Below, in pieces: positions 22,400 through 36,400 of a DNA stretch of 64,000 bases. Under the pieces are notes generated by a model. The model searched no databases. It had not been told where the DNA came from and was given only the letters and a program-made list of their open reading frames with translations. Each line of letters starts with the position of its first letter. Position 1 is the stretch's first letter. The DNA comes from Eledone cirrhosa (taxonomy: Eukaryota), in the NCBI GenBank assembly GCA_964016885.1, contig OZ024744.1, positions 9,300,001-9,364,000 on the forward strand, written 5' to 3'. Made by a program: the position numbers and the translations under genes.

Positions 22400-25300
22400 C
22401 TTGTGTGTTGTATTTGGTCCTAGATGTATGTATTACCTGCTTGTGTGTTGTATGTGGTCCTAGATGTATGTATTACCTGCTTGTGTGTTGTATGTAGTCC
22501 TAGATCTATGTATTACCTGCCTGTGTGTTGTATGTAGTCCTAGATGAATGTATTACCTGCCTGTGTGTTGTATGTAGTCCTGGATGTATGTATTACCTGC
22601 CTGTGTGTTGTATGTCGTCCTAGATGTATGTATTACCTGCCTGTGTGTTGTATGTGGTCCTAGATCTATGTATTACCTGCCTGTGTGTTGTATGTGGTCC
22701 TAGATGTATGTATTACCTGCTTGCGTGTTGTATGTAGTCCTAGATGTATGTATTCCCTGCTTGTGTGTTGTATGTAGTCCTAGATGTATGTATTCCCTGC
22801 TTGTGTGTTGTATGTAGTCCTAGATGTATGTATTACCTGCTTGCCTTGTGTGTTGTATGTAGTCCTAGATGTATGTATTACCTGCTTGTGTGTTGTATGT
22901 AGTCTTAGGTGTATTTATTACGTGCTTGTGTGTTGTATGTAGTCCTAGATGTATGTATTACCTGCTTGCCTTGTGTGTTGTATGTAGTCCTAGATCTATG
23001 TATTACCTGCCTGTGTGTTGTATGTGGTCCTAGATGTATGTATTACCTGCTTGTGTGTTGTATGTAGTCCTAAATGTATGTATTCCCTGCTTGCGTGTTG
23101 TATGTCGTCCTAGATGTATGTATTACCTGCTTGTGTGTTTTATGTGGTCCTAGATGTATGTATTACCTGCTTGTGTGTTGTATGTAGTCCTAGATGTATG
23201 TATTACCTGGTTATGTGTTGTATGTGGTCCTAGATGTATGTATTACCAGCCTGTGTGTTGTATGTGGTCCTAGATGTATGTATTACCTGGTTATGTGTTG
23301 TATGTGGTCCTAGATGTGTTATTACCTGCTTGTATGTTTTATGTGGTCCTAGATGTGTGTATTACTTGCTTGTGTGTTCTATGTAGTCCTAGATGTATGT
23401 ATTACCTGCTTGTGTGTTATATGTAGTCCTAGATGTATGTATTACCTGCTTGTGTGTTGTATGTGGCCCTAGATGTATGTATTACCTGGTTATGTGTTGT
23501 ATGTGGTCCTGGATGTATGTATTACCTGGTTATGTGTTGTATGTAGTCCTAGATGTATGTATTACCTGGTTATGTGTTGTATGTAGTCCTAGATGTATGT
23601 ATTACCTGCCTATGTGTTGTATGTGGTCCTAGATGTATGTATTACCTGCTTGTGTGTTGTATGTGGTCCTAGATGTATGTATTACCTGCATGTGTGTTGT
23701 ATCTGGTCCTAGATGTATGTATTATCTGCTTGTGTGTTATATGTAGTCCTAGATGTATGTATTACCTGCTTGTGTGTTGTATGTGGTCCTGGATGTAAGT
23801 ATTACCTGCCTGTGTGTTGTAAGTAGTCCTGGATGTATGTATTACCTGCCTGTGTGTTGTATGTGGTCCTACATGTATGTATTACCTGCCTGTGTGTTGT
23901 ATGTAGTCCTAGATGTATGTATTACCTGCTTGTGTGTTGTATGTAGTCCTAGATGTATGTATTACCTGCTTGTGTGTTGTATGTGGTCCTAGATGTATGT
24001 ATTACCTGCCTGTTTGTTTTATGTAGTCCTAGATCTATGTATTACCTGCCTGTGTGTTGTATGTAGTCCTAGATGTATGTATTACCTGCCTGTGTGTTGG
24101 ATGTAGTCCTAGATGTGTGTATTACCTGCTTGTATGTTATATGTGGCCCTATATGTGTGTATTACCTGCTTGTGTGTTGTATTACCTGCTTGTGTGTTGT
24201 ATGTGGTCCTAGATGTATGTATTACCTGGTTATGTGTTCTATGTAGTCCTAGATGGGTGTATTACCTGGTTATGTATTGTATGTGGTCCTAGATGTGTGT
24301 ATTACCTGCCTGTGTGTTGTATGTGGTCCTAGATGTATGTATTACCTGGTTATGTGTTGTATGTGGTCCTAGATGTATCTATTACCTGGTTATGTGTTGT
24401 ATGTAGTCCTAGATGTATGTATTACCTGCTTATGTGGTGTATGTAGTCCTAGATCTATGTATTACCTGCCTGTGTGTTGTATGTAGTCCTGGATGTATGT
24501 ATTACCTGGTTATGTGTTGTATGTGGTCCTAGATGTGTATATTACCTGCCTGTGTATTGTATGTAGTCCTAGATGTGAGTATTACCTGCTTGTGTGTTGT
24601 ATGAGGTCTTAGATGTATGTATTACCTGCTTGTGTATTGTATGTGGTCCTAGATCTATGTATTACCTGCCTGTGTGTTGTATGTAGTCCTGGATGTATGT
24701 ATTACCTGGTTATGTGTTGTATGTGGTCCTCGATGTATGTATTACCTGCCTGTGTGTTGTATGTGGTCCTAGATGTATGTATTACCTGCCTGTGTGTTGT
24801 ATGTGGTACTAGATGTATGTATTACCTGGTTATGTGTTGTATGTAGTCCTAGATGTATGTATTACCTGGTTATGTGTTGTATGTGGCCCTATATGTGTGT
24901 ATTACCTGCTTGTGTATTGTATGTAGTCCTAGATGTATGTATTACCTGGTTATGTGTTTTATGTAGTCCTAGATGTATGTATTACCTGCTTGTGTGTTGT
25001 ATGTGGTCCTAGATGTATGTATTACCTGCCTGTGAGTTGTATGTGGTCCTAGATGTATGTATTACCTGGTTATGTGTTGTATGTAGTCCTAGATGTATGT
25101 ATTACCTGCCTGTTGGTTGTATGTAGTCCTGGATGTATGTATTACCTGCCTGTGTGTTGTATGTGGTCCTAGATGTATGTATTACCTGGTTATGTGTTGT
25201 ATGTAGTCCTAGATGTATGTATTACCTGCCTGTGTGTTGTATGTAGTCCTGGATCTATGTATTACCTGCCTGTGTGTTGTATGTGGTCCTAGATGTCTGT

Positions 25301-28300
25301 ATTACCTGGTTATGTGTTGTATGTAGTCCTAGATGTATGTATTACCTGCTTGTGTGTTGTATGTAGTCCTAGATGTGTGTATTACCTGCTTGTATGTTAT
25401 ATGTGGCCCTAGATGTATGTATTACCTGGTTATGTGTTGTATGTGGTCCTAGATGTATGTATTACCTCCCTGTGTGTTGTATGTGGTCCTAGATGTATGT
25501 ATTACCTGCTTGTGTGTTGTATGTGGTACTAGATATATGTATTACCTGGTTATGTGTTGTATGTGGTCCTAGATATGTGTATTACCTGGTTGTGTGTTGT
25601 ATGTGGTCCTAGATGTATGTATTACCTGGTTATGTGTTGTATGTGGTCCTAGATGTATGTATTACCTGCTTGTGTGTTGTATGTGGTCCTGGATGTATGT
25701 ATTACCTGCCTGTGTGTTGTATTTGGTCCTAGATGTATGTATTACCTGCTTGTGTGTTGTATGTGGTCCTAGATGTATGTATTACCTGCTTGTGTGTTGT
25801 ATGTAGTCCTAGATCTATGTATTACCTGCCTGTGTGTTGTATGTAGTCCTAGATGAATGTATTACCTGCCTGTGTGTTGTATGTAGTCCTGGATGTATGT
25901 ATTACCTGCCTGTGTGTTGTATGTCGTCCTAGATGTATGTATTACCTGCCTGTGTGTTGTATGTGGTCCTAGATCTATGTATTAACTGCCTGTGTGTTGT
26001 ATGTGGTCCTAGATGTATGTATTACCTGCTTGCGTGTTGTATGTAGTCCTAGATGTATGTATTCCCTGCTTGTGTGTTGTATGTAGTCCTAGATGTATGT
26101 ATTCCCTGCTTGTGTGTTGTATGTAGTCCTAGATGTATGTATTACCTGCTTGCCTTGTGTGTTGTATGTAGTCCTAGATGTATGTATTACCTGCTTGTGT
26201 GTTGTATGTAGTCTTAGGTGTATTTATTACGTGCTTGTGTGTTGTATGTAGTCCTAGATGTATGTATTACCTGCTTGCCTTGTGTGTTGTATGTAGTCCT
26301 AGATCTATGTATTACCTGCCTGTGTGTTGTATGTGGTCCTAGATGTATGTATTACCTGCTTGTGTGTTGTATGTAGTCCTAGATGTATGTATTCCCTGCT
26401 TGCGTGTTGTATGTCGTCCTAGATGTATGTATTACCTGCTTGTGTGTTTTATGTGGTCCTAGATGTGTGTATTACCTGCCTGTGTGTTGTATGTGGTCCT
26501 AGATGTATGTATTACCTGCTTGTGTGTTGTATGTAGTCCTAGATGTATGTATTCCCTGCTTGTCTTGTGTGTTGTATGTAGTCCTAGATGTATGTATTAC
26601 CTGGTTATGTGTTGTATGTGGTCCTAGATGTATGTATTACCAGCCTGTGTGTTGTATGTGGTCCTAGATGTATGTATTACCTGGTTATGTGTTGTATGTG
26701 GTCCTAGATGTGTTATTACCTGCTTGTATGTTTTATGTGGTCCTAGATGTGTGTATTACTTGCTTGTGTGTTCTATGTAGTCCTAGATGTATGTATTACC
26801 TGCTTGTGTGTTATATGTAGTCCTAGATGTATGTATTACCTGCTTGTGTGTTGTATGTGGCCCTAGATGTATGTATTACCTGGTTATGTGTTGTATGTGG
26901 TCCTGGATGTATGTATTACCTGGTTATGTGTTGTATGTAGTCCTAGATGTATGTATTACCTGGTTATGTGTTGTATGTAGTCCTAGATGTATGTATTACC
27001 TGCCTATGTGTTGTATGTGGTCCTAGATGTATGTATTACCTGCTTGTGTGTTGTATGTGGTCCTAGATGTATGTATTACCTGCATGTGTGTTGTATCTGG
27101 TCCTAGATGTATGTATTATCTGCTTGTGTGTTATATGTAGTCCTAGATGTATGTATTACCTGCTTGTGTGTCGTATGTGGTCCTGGATGTAAGTATTACC
27201 TGCCTGTGTGTTGTATGTAGTCCTGGATGTATGTATTACCTGCCTGTGTGTTGTATGTGGTCCTACATGTATGTATTACCTGCCTGTGTGTTGTATGTAG
27301 TCCTAGATGTATGTATTACCTGCTTGTGTGTTGTATGTAGTCCTAGATGTATGTATTACCTGCTTGTGTGTTGTATGTGGTCCTAGATGTATGTATTACC
27401 TGCCTGTTTGTTTTATGTAGTCCTAGATCTATGTATTACCTGCCTGTGTGTTGTATGTAGTCCTAGATGTATGTATTACCTGCCTGTGTGTTGGATGTAG
27501 TCCTAGATGTGTGTATTACCTGCTTGTATGTTATATGTGGCCCTATATGTGTGTATTACCTGCTTGTGTGTTGTATTACCTGCTTGTGTGTTGTATGTGG
27601 TCCTAGATGTATGTATTACCTGGTTATGTGTTCTATGTAGTCCTAGATGGGTGTATTACCTGGTTATGTATTGTATGTGGTCCTAGATGTGTGTATTACC
27701 TGCCTGTGTGTTGTATGTGGTCCTAGATGTATGTATTACCTGGTTATGTGTTGTATGTGGTCCTAGATGTATCTATTACCTGGTTATGTGTTGTATGTAG
27801 TCCTAGATGTATGTATTACCTGCTTATGTGGTGTATGTAGTCCTAGATCTATGTATTACCTGCCTGTGTGTTGTATGTAGTCCTGGATGTATGTATTACC
27901 TGGTTATGTGTTGTATGTGGTCCTAGATGTGTATATTACCTGCCTGTGTATTGTATGTAGTCCTAGATGTGAGTATTACCTGCTTGTGTGTTGTATGAGG
28001 TCTTAGATGTATGTATTACCTGCTTGTGTATTGTATGTGGTCCTAGATGTGTGTATTACCTGCCTGTGTATTGTATGTAGTCCTAGATGTATGTATTACC
28101 TGGTTATGTGTTGTATGTGGTCCTCGATGTATGTATTACCTGCCTGTGTGTTGTATGTGGTCCTGGATCTATGTATTACCTGCCTGTGTGTTGTATGTGG
28201 TCCTAGATGTCTGTATTACCTGGTTATGTGTTGTATGTAGTCCTAGATGTATGTATTACCTGCTTGTGTGTTGTATGTAGTCCTAGATGTGTGTATTACC

Positions 28301-31300
28301 TGCTTGTATGTTATATGTGGCCCTAGATGTATGTATTACCTGGTTATGTGTTGTATGTGGTCCTAGATGTATGTATTACCTCCCTGTGTGTTGTATGTGG
28401 TCCTAGATGTATGTATTACCTGCTTGTGTGTTGTATGTGGTACTAGATATATGTATTACCTGGTTATGTGTTGTATGTGGTCCTAGATATGTGTATTACC
28501 TGGTTGTGTGTTGTATGTGGTCCTAGATGTATGTATTACCTGGTTATGTGTTGTATGTGGTCCTAGATGTATGTATTACCTGCTTGTGTGTTGTATGTGG
28601 TGCTGGATGTATGTATTACCTGCCTGTGTGTTGTATTTGGTCCTAGATGTATGTATTACCTGCTTGTGTGTTGTATGTGGTCCTAGATGTATGTATTACC
28701 TGCTTGTGTGTTGTATGTAGTCCTAGATCTATGTATTACCTGCCTGTGTGTTGTATGTAGTCCTAGATGAATGTATTACCTGCCTGTGTGTTGTATGTAG
28801 TCCTGGATGTATGTATTACCTGCCTGTGTGTTGTATGTCGTCCTAGATGTATGTATTACCTGCCTGTGTGTTGTATGTGGTCCTAGATCTATGTATTACC
28901 TGCCTGTGTGTTGTATGTGGTCCTAGATGTATGTATTACCTGCTTGCGTGTTGTATGTAGTCCTAGATGTATGTATTCCCTGCTTGTGTGTTGTATGTAG
29001 TCCTAGATGTATGTATTCCCTGCTTGTGTGTTGTATGTAGTCCTAGATGTATGTATTACCTGCTTGCCTTGTGTGTTGTATGTAGTCCTAGATGTATGTA
29101 TTACCTGCTTGTGTGTTGTATGTAGTCTTAGGTGTATTTATTACGTGCTTGTGTGTTGTATGTAGTCCTAGATGTATGTATTACCTGCTTGCCTTGTGTG
29201 TTGTATGTAGTCCTAGATCTATGTATTACCTGCCTGTGTGTTGTATGTGGTCCTAGATGTATGTATTACCTGCTTGTGTGTTGTATGTAGTCCTAGATGT
29301 ATGTATTCCCTGCTTGCGTGTTGTATGTCGTCCTAGATGTATGTATTACCTGCTTGTGTGTTTTATGTGGTCCTAGATGTGTGTATTACCTGCCTGTGTG
29401 TTGTATGTGGTCCTAGATGTATGTATTACCTGCTTGTGTGTTGTATGTAGTCCTAGATGTATGTATTCCCTGCTTGTCTTGTGTGTTGTATGTAGTCCTA
29501 GATGTATGTATTACCTGGTTATGTGTTGTATGTGGTCCTAGATGTATGTATTACCAGCCTGTGTGTTGTATGTGGTCCTAGATGTATGTATTACCTGGTT
29601 ATGTGTTGTATGTGGTCCTAGATGTGTTATTACCTGCTTGTATGTTTTATGTGGTCCTAGATGTGTGTATTACTTGCTTGTGTGTTCTATGTAGTCCTAG
29701 ATGTATGTATTACCTGCTTGTGTGTTATATGTAGTCCTAGATGTATGTATTACCTGCTTGTGTGTTGTATGTGGCCCTAGATGTATGTATTACCTGGTTA
29801 TGTGTTGTATGTGGTCCTGGTTGTATGTATTACCTGGTTATGTGTTGTATGTAGTCCTAGATGTATGTATTACCTGGTTATGTGTTGTATGTAGTCCTAG
29901 ATGTATGTATTACCTGCCTATGTGTTGTATGTGGTCCTAGATGTATGTATTACCTGCTTGTGTGTTGTATGTGGTCCTAGATGTATGTATTACCTGCATG
30001 TGTGTTGTATCTGGTCCTAGATGTATGTATTATCTGCTTGTGTGTTATATGTAGTCCTAGATGTATGTATTACCTGCTTGTGTGTCGTATGTGGTCCTGG
30101 ATGTAAGTATTACCTGCCTGTGTGTTGTATGTAGTCCTGGATGTATGTATTACCTGCCTGTGTGTTGTATGTGGTCCTACATGTATGTATTACCTGCCTG
30201 TGTGTTGTATGTAGTCCTAGATGTATGTATTACCTGCTTGTGTGTTGTATGTAGTCCTAGATGTATGTATTACCTGCTTGTGTGTTGTATGTGGTCCTAG
30301 ATGTATGTATTACCTGCCTGTTTGTTTTATGTAGTCCTAGATCTATGTATTACCTGCCTGTGTGTTGTATGTAGTCCTAGATGTATGTATTACCTGCCTG
30401 TGTGTTGGATGTAGTCCTAGATGTGTGTATTACCTGCTTGTATGTTATATGTGGCCCTATATGTGTGTATTACCTGCTTGTGTGTTGTATTACCTGCTTG
30501 TGTGTTGTATGTGGTCCTAGATGTATGTATTACCTGGTTATGTGTTCTATGTAGTCCTAGATGGGTGTATTACCTGGTTATGTATTGTATGTGGTCCTAG
30601 ATGTGTGTATTACCTGCCTGTGTGTTGTATGTGGTCCTAGATGTATGTATTACCTGGTTATGTGTTGTATGTGGTCCTAGATGTATCTATTACCTGGTTA
30701 TGTGTTGTATGTAGTCCTAGATGTATGTATTACCTGCTTATGTGGTGTATGTAGTCCTAGATCTATGTATTACCTGCCTGTGTGTTGTATGTAGTCCTGG
30801 ATGTATGTATTACCTGGTTATGTGTTGTATGTGGTCCTAGATGTGTATATTACCTGCCTGTGTATTGTATGTAGTCCTAGATGTGAGTATTACCTGCTTG
30901 TGTGTTGTATGAGGTCTTAGATGTATGTATTACCTGCTTGTGTATTGTATGTGGTCCTAGATGTGTGTATTACCTGCCTGTGTATTGTATGTAGTCCTAG
31001 ATGTATGTATTACCTGGTTATGTGTTGTATGTGGTCCTCGATGTATGTATTACCTGCCTGTGTGTTGTATGTGGTCCTAGATGTATGTATTACCTGCCTG
31101 TGTGTTGTATGTGGTACTAGATGTATGTATTACCTGGTTATGTGTTGTATGTAGTCCTAGATGTATGTATTACCTGGTTATGTGTTGTATGTGGCCCTAT
31201 ATGTGTGTATTACCTGCTTGTGTATTGTATGTAGTGCTAGATGTATGTATTACCTGGTTATGTGTTTTATGTAGTCCTAGATGTATGTATTACCTGCTTG

Positions 31301-32000
31301 TGTGTTGTATGTGGTCCTAGATGTATGTATTACCTGCCTGTGAGTTGTATGTGGTCCTAGATGTATGTATTACCTGGTTATGTGTTGTATGTAGTCCTAG
31401 ATGTATGTATTACCTGCCTGTTGGTTGTATGTAGTCCTGGATGTATGTATTACCTGCCTGTGTGTTGTATGTAGTCCTAGATGTATGTATTACCTGGTTA
31501 TGTGTTGTATGTAGTCCTAGATGTATGTATTACCTGCCTGTGTGTTGTATGTAGTCCTGGATCTATGTATTACCTGCCTGTGTGTTGTATGTGGTCCTAG
31601 ATGTCTGTATTACCTGGTTATGTGTTGTATGTAGTCCTAGATGTATGTATTACCTGCTTGTGTGTTGTATGTAGTCCTAGATGTGTGTATTACCTGCTTG
31701 TATGTTATATGTGGCCCTAGATGTATGTATTACCTGGTTATGTGTTGTATGTGGTCCTAGATGTATGTATTACCTCCCTGTGTGTTGTATGTGGTCCTAG
31801 ATGTATGTATTACCTGCTTGTGTGTTGTATGTGGTACTAGATATATGTATTACCTGGTTATGTGTTGTATGTGGTCCTAGATATGTGTATTACCTGGTTG
31901 TGTGTTGTATGTGGTCCTAGATGTATGTATTACCTGGTTATGTGTTGTATGTGGTCCTAGATGTATGTATTACCTGCTTGTGTGTTGTATGTGGTCCTGG
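22400..32000 (+). repeat. Three-copy tandem block of about 3.3, 2.9 and 3.4 kb; the middle copy lacks 480 bp
   Basis: ORF series at 23393/26787/29701, 23753/27147/30061 and 25594/28508/31902 (offsets 3394 and 2914). Confidence 0.88.
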
Positions 32001-33439
32001 ATGTATGTATTACCTGGTTATGTGTTTTATGTGGTCCTAGATGTATGTATTACCTGCTTGTGTGTTGTATGTGGTCCTGGATGTATGTATTACCTGCCTG
32101 TGTGTTGTATGTGGTCCTAGATGTGTGTATTACCTGCCTGTGTGTTGTATGTGGTCCTAGATGTATGTATTACCTGCTTGTGTGTTGTATGTGGTCCTAG
32201 ATGTATATGCTACCTGGTTATGTGTTGTATGTGGTCCTAGATGTATGTATTACCTGCTCGTGTGTTGTATGTGGTCCTGGATGTATGTATTACCTGGTTA
32301 TGTGTTGTATGTGGTCCTAGATGTGTGTATTACCTACCTATGTGTTGTATGTGGTCCTAGATGTATGTATTACCTGCTTGTGTGTTGTATGTGGTCCTAG
32401 ATGTATGTATTACCTGCTTGTGTGTTGTATGTAGTCCTAGATGTATGTATTACCTGGTTATGTGTTGTATGTGGTCCTAGATGTATGTATTACCTGCTTG
32501 TGTGTTGTATGTGGTCCTAGATGTATGTATTACCTGGTTATGTGTTGTATGTGGTCCTAGATGTATGTATTACGTGGTTATGTGTTGTATGAGGTCCTAG
32601 ATGTGTGTATTACCTGGTTATGTATTGTATGTGTTCCTAGATGTATATATTACCTGCTTGTGTGTTGTATGTGGTCCTAGATGTGTGTATTACCTGGTTA
32701 TGTATTGTATGTGGTCCTAGATGTATGTATTACCTGCTTGTGTGTTGCATGTGGTCCTAGATGTGTGTATTACCTGGTTATGTGTTGTATGTGGTCCTAG
32801 ATGTATGTATTACCTGCTTGTGTGGTGTATGTGGTCCTAGATGTATGTATTACCTGGTTATGTGTTGTATGTGGTCCTAGATGCATGTATTACCTGCCTG
32901 TGTGTTGTATGTGGTCCTAGATGAATGTATTACCTGGTTAAGTTTTGTATGTGGTCCTAGATGTATGTATTACCTGCCTGTGTGTTGTATGTGGTACTAG
33001 ATGTATGTATTACCTGGTTATGTGTTGTATGTAGTCCTAGATGTGTGTATTACCTGGTTTTGTGTTGTATGTGGTCCTAGATGTATGTATTACCTGCTTG
33101 TGTGTTGTATGTGGTCCAGGATGTATGTATTACCTGGTTATGTGTTTATGTAGTCCTAGATGTATGTATTACCTGCCTGTGTGTTGTATGTAGTCCTAGA
33201 TGTGTGTATTACCTGCCTGTGTGTTGTATGTGGTCCTAGATGTATGTATTACCTGCTTGTGTGTTGTATGTGGTCCTGGATGTATGTATTACCTGGTTAT
33301 GTGTTGTATGTGGTCCTAGATGTGTGTGTTACCTGCCTGTGTGTTGTATGTGGTCCTAGATGTATGTATTACCTGGTTGTGTGTTCTATGTGGTCCTAGA
33401 TGTATGTATTACCTGCTTGTGTGTTGTATGTAGTCCTAG

Positions 33440-36400
33440 ATGTATGTATTACCTGGTTATGTGTTGTATGTGGTCCTAGATGTATGTATTACCTGCTTGT
33501 GTGTTGTATGTGGTCCTAGATGTATGTATTACCTGGTTATGTGTTGTATGTGGTCCTAGATGTATGTATTACCTGGTTATGTGTTGTATCTGGTCCTAGA
33601 TGTATGTATTACCTGTTTCTGTGTTGTATGTGGTCCTAGATGTATGTGCTACATGCCTGTGTGTTGTATGTGGTCCTAGATGTATGTATTACCTGGTAAT
33701 GTGTTTAATGTAGTCCTAGATGTATGTATTACCTGGTTATGTGTTGTATGTGGTCCTAGATGTGTGTATTACCTGGTTGTGTGTTGTATGTGGTCCTAGA
33801 TGTATGTATTACCTGCCTGTGTGTTGTATGTGGTCCTAGATGTGTGTATTACCTGCTTGTGTGTTGTATATGGTCCTGGATATGTGTATTAACTGCTTGT
33901 GTGATGTATGTGGTCCTAGATGTGTGTATTACCTGGTTATGTGTTGTATGTGGTGCTAGATGTATGTATTACCTGCTTGTGTGTTGTATGTGGCCCTATA
34001 TGTGTGTATTACCTGCTTGTATGTTGTATGTGGTCCTAGATGTATGTATTACCTGGTTATGTGTTGTATGTAATCCTAGATGTATGTACTACCTGGTTAT
34101 GTGTTGCATGTGGTCCTAGATGTATGTATTACCTGCTTGTGTGTTGTATGTGCTCCTAGATGTATGTATTACCTGGTTGTGTGTTCTATGTAGTCCTAGA
34201 TGTGTGTATTACCTGGTTATGTGGTGTATGTAGTCCTAGATGTATGTATTACCTGCTTGTGTGTTGTATGTGGTCCTAGATGTATGTATTACCTGGTTTG
34301 GTGTTGTATGTGGTCCTAGATGTATGTATTATCTGCTTGTGTGTTGTATGTGGTCCTAGATGTATGTATTACCTGCCTGTGTGTTGTATGTGGTCCTAGA
34401 TGTATGTATTACTTGGTTATGTGTTGTATGTGGTCCTAGATGTTGTTATAACCTGCCTGTTGTTGTATGTGGTCCTAGATGTGTGTATTACCTGCCTGTG
34501 TGTTGTATGTAGTCCTAGATGTATGTATTACCTGGTTATGTGTTGTATGTGGTCCTAGATGTATGTATTACCAGCCTGTGTGTTGTATGTGGTCCTAGAT
34601 GTATGTATTACCTGGTTTTGTGTTGTATGTGGTCCTAGATGTGTTATTACCTGCTTGTATGTTATATGTGGTCCTAGATGTGTGTATTACTTGCTTGTGT
34701 GTTCTATGTAGTCCTAGATGTATGTATTACCTGCTGGTGTGTTGTATGTGGTCCTGGATGTATGTATTACCTGCTTGTGTGTTGTATGTGGTCCTAGATG
34801 TGTGTATTACCTGCCTGTGTGTTGTATGTGGTCCTAGATGTATGTATTATCTGGTTGTGTGTTCTATGTGGTCCTAGATGTATGTATTAACTGCTTGTGT
34901 GTTGTATGTAGTCCTAGATGTATGTATTACCTGGCTATGTGTTGTATGTGGTCCTAGATGTATGTATTACCTGCTTGTGTGTTGTATGTGGTCCTAGATG
35001 TATGTATTACCTGGTTATGTGTTGTATGTGGTCCTAGATGTATGTATTACCTGGTTATGTGTTGTATCTGGTCCTAGATGTATGTATTACCTGTTTCTGT
35101 GTTGTATGTGGTCCTAGATGTATGTGCTACCTGGTTATGTGTTGTATGTGGTCCTAGATGTATGTATTACCTGCTTGTGTATTGTATGTGGTCTTAGATG
35201 TGTGTATTACCTGGTTATGTGTTGTATGTAGTCTTATGTGTATTTATTACGTGCTTGTGTGTTGTATGTGGTCCTAGATGTGTGTATTACCTGCTTGTGT
35301 GTTGTATGTAGTCCTAGATGTGTGTATTACCTGGTTATGTGTTGTATATTGTCATAGATGTGTGTATTACCTGCTTGTGTGTTGTATGTGGTCCTAGATG
35401 TGTGTATTACTTGCTTGTGTGTTGTATGTAGTCCTAGATGTAGATACTACCTGGTTATGTGTTGTATGTAGTCCTAGATGTGTGTATTACCTGCTTCTTT
35501 GTTGTATGTGGTCCTAGATGTATGTATTACCTACTGCTGTGTTGTATATGGTCCTAGATGTGTGTATTACCTGCTTGTGTGTTGTATGTGGTCCTAGATG
35601 TATGTATTACCTGGTTGTGTGTTCTATGTAGTCCTAGATGTATGTATTACCTGGTTATGTGTTGTATGTGGTCCTAGATGTATGTATTACCTGTTTCTGT
35701 GTTGTACGTGGTCCTAGATGCATGTATTACCTGGTTATGTGTTGTATGTGGTGCTAGATGTATGTATTACCTGCTTGTGTGTTGTATGTGGCCCTATATG
35801 TGTGTATTACCTGCTTGTGTGTTGTATGTGGTCCTAGATGTATGTATTATCTGGTTATGTGTTGTATGTAATCCTAGATGTATGTACTACCTGGTTATGT
35901 GTTGTATGTGGTCCTAGATGTATGTATTACCTGCTTGTGTGTTGTATGTGGTCCTAGATGTATGTATTACCTGGTTATGTGTTGTATGTGGTCCTAGATG
36001 TATGTATTACCTGCTTGTGTGTTGTATGTGGTCCTAGATGTATGTATTACCTGGTTATGTGTTGTATGTGGTCCTAGATGTATGTATTACCTGGTTATGT
36101 GTTGTATCTGGTCCTAGATGTATGTATTACCTGTTTCTGTGTTGTATGTGGTCCTAGATGTATGTGCTACATTCCTGTGTGTTGTATGTGGTCCTAGATG
36201 TATGTATTACCTGGTAATGTGTTTAAAGTAGTCCTAGATGTATGTATTACCTGGTTATGTCTTGTATGTGGTCCTAGATGTGTGTATTACCTGGTTGTGT
36301 GTTGTATGTGGTCCTAGATGTATGTATTACCTGCCTGTGTGTTGTATGTGGTCCTAGATGTGTGTATTACCTGCTTGTGTGTTGTATATGGTCCTGGATG

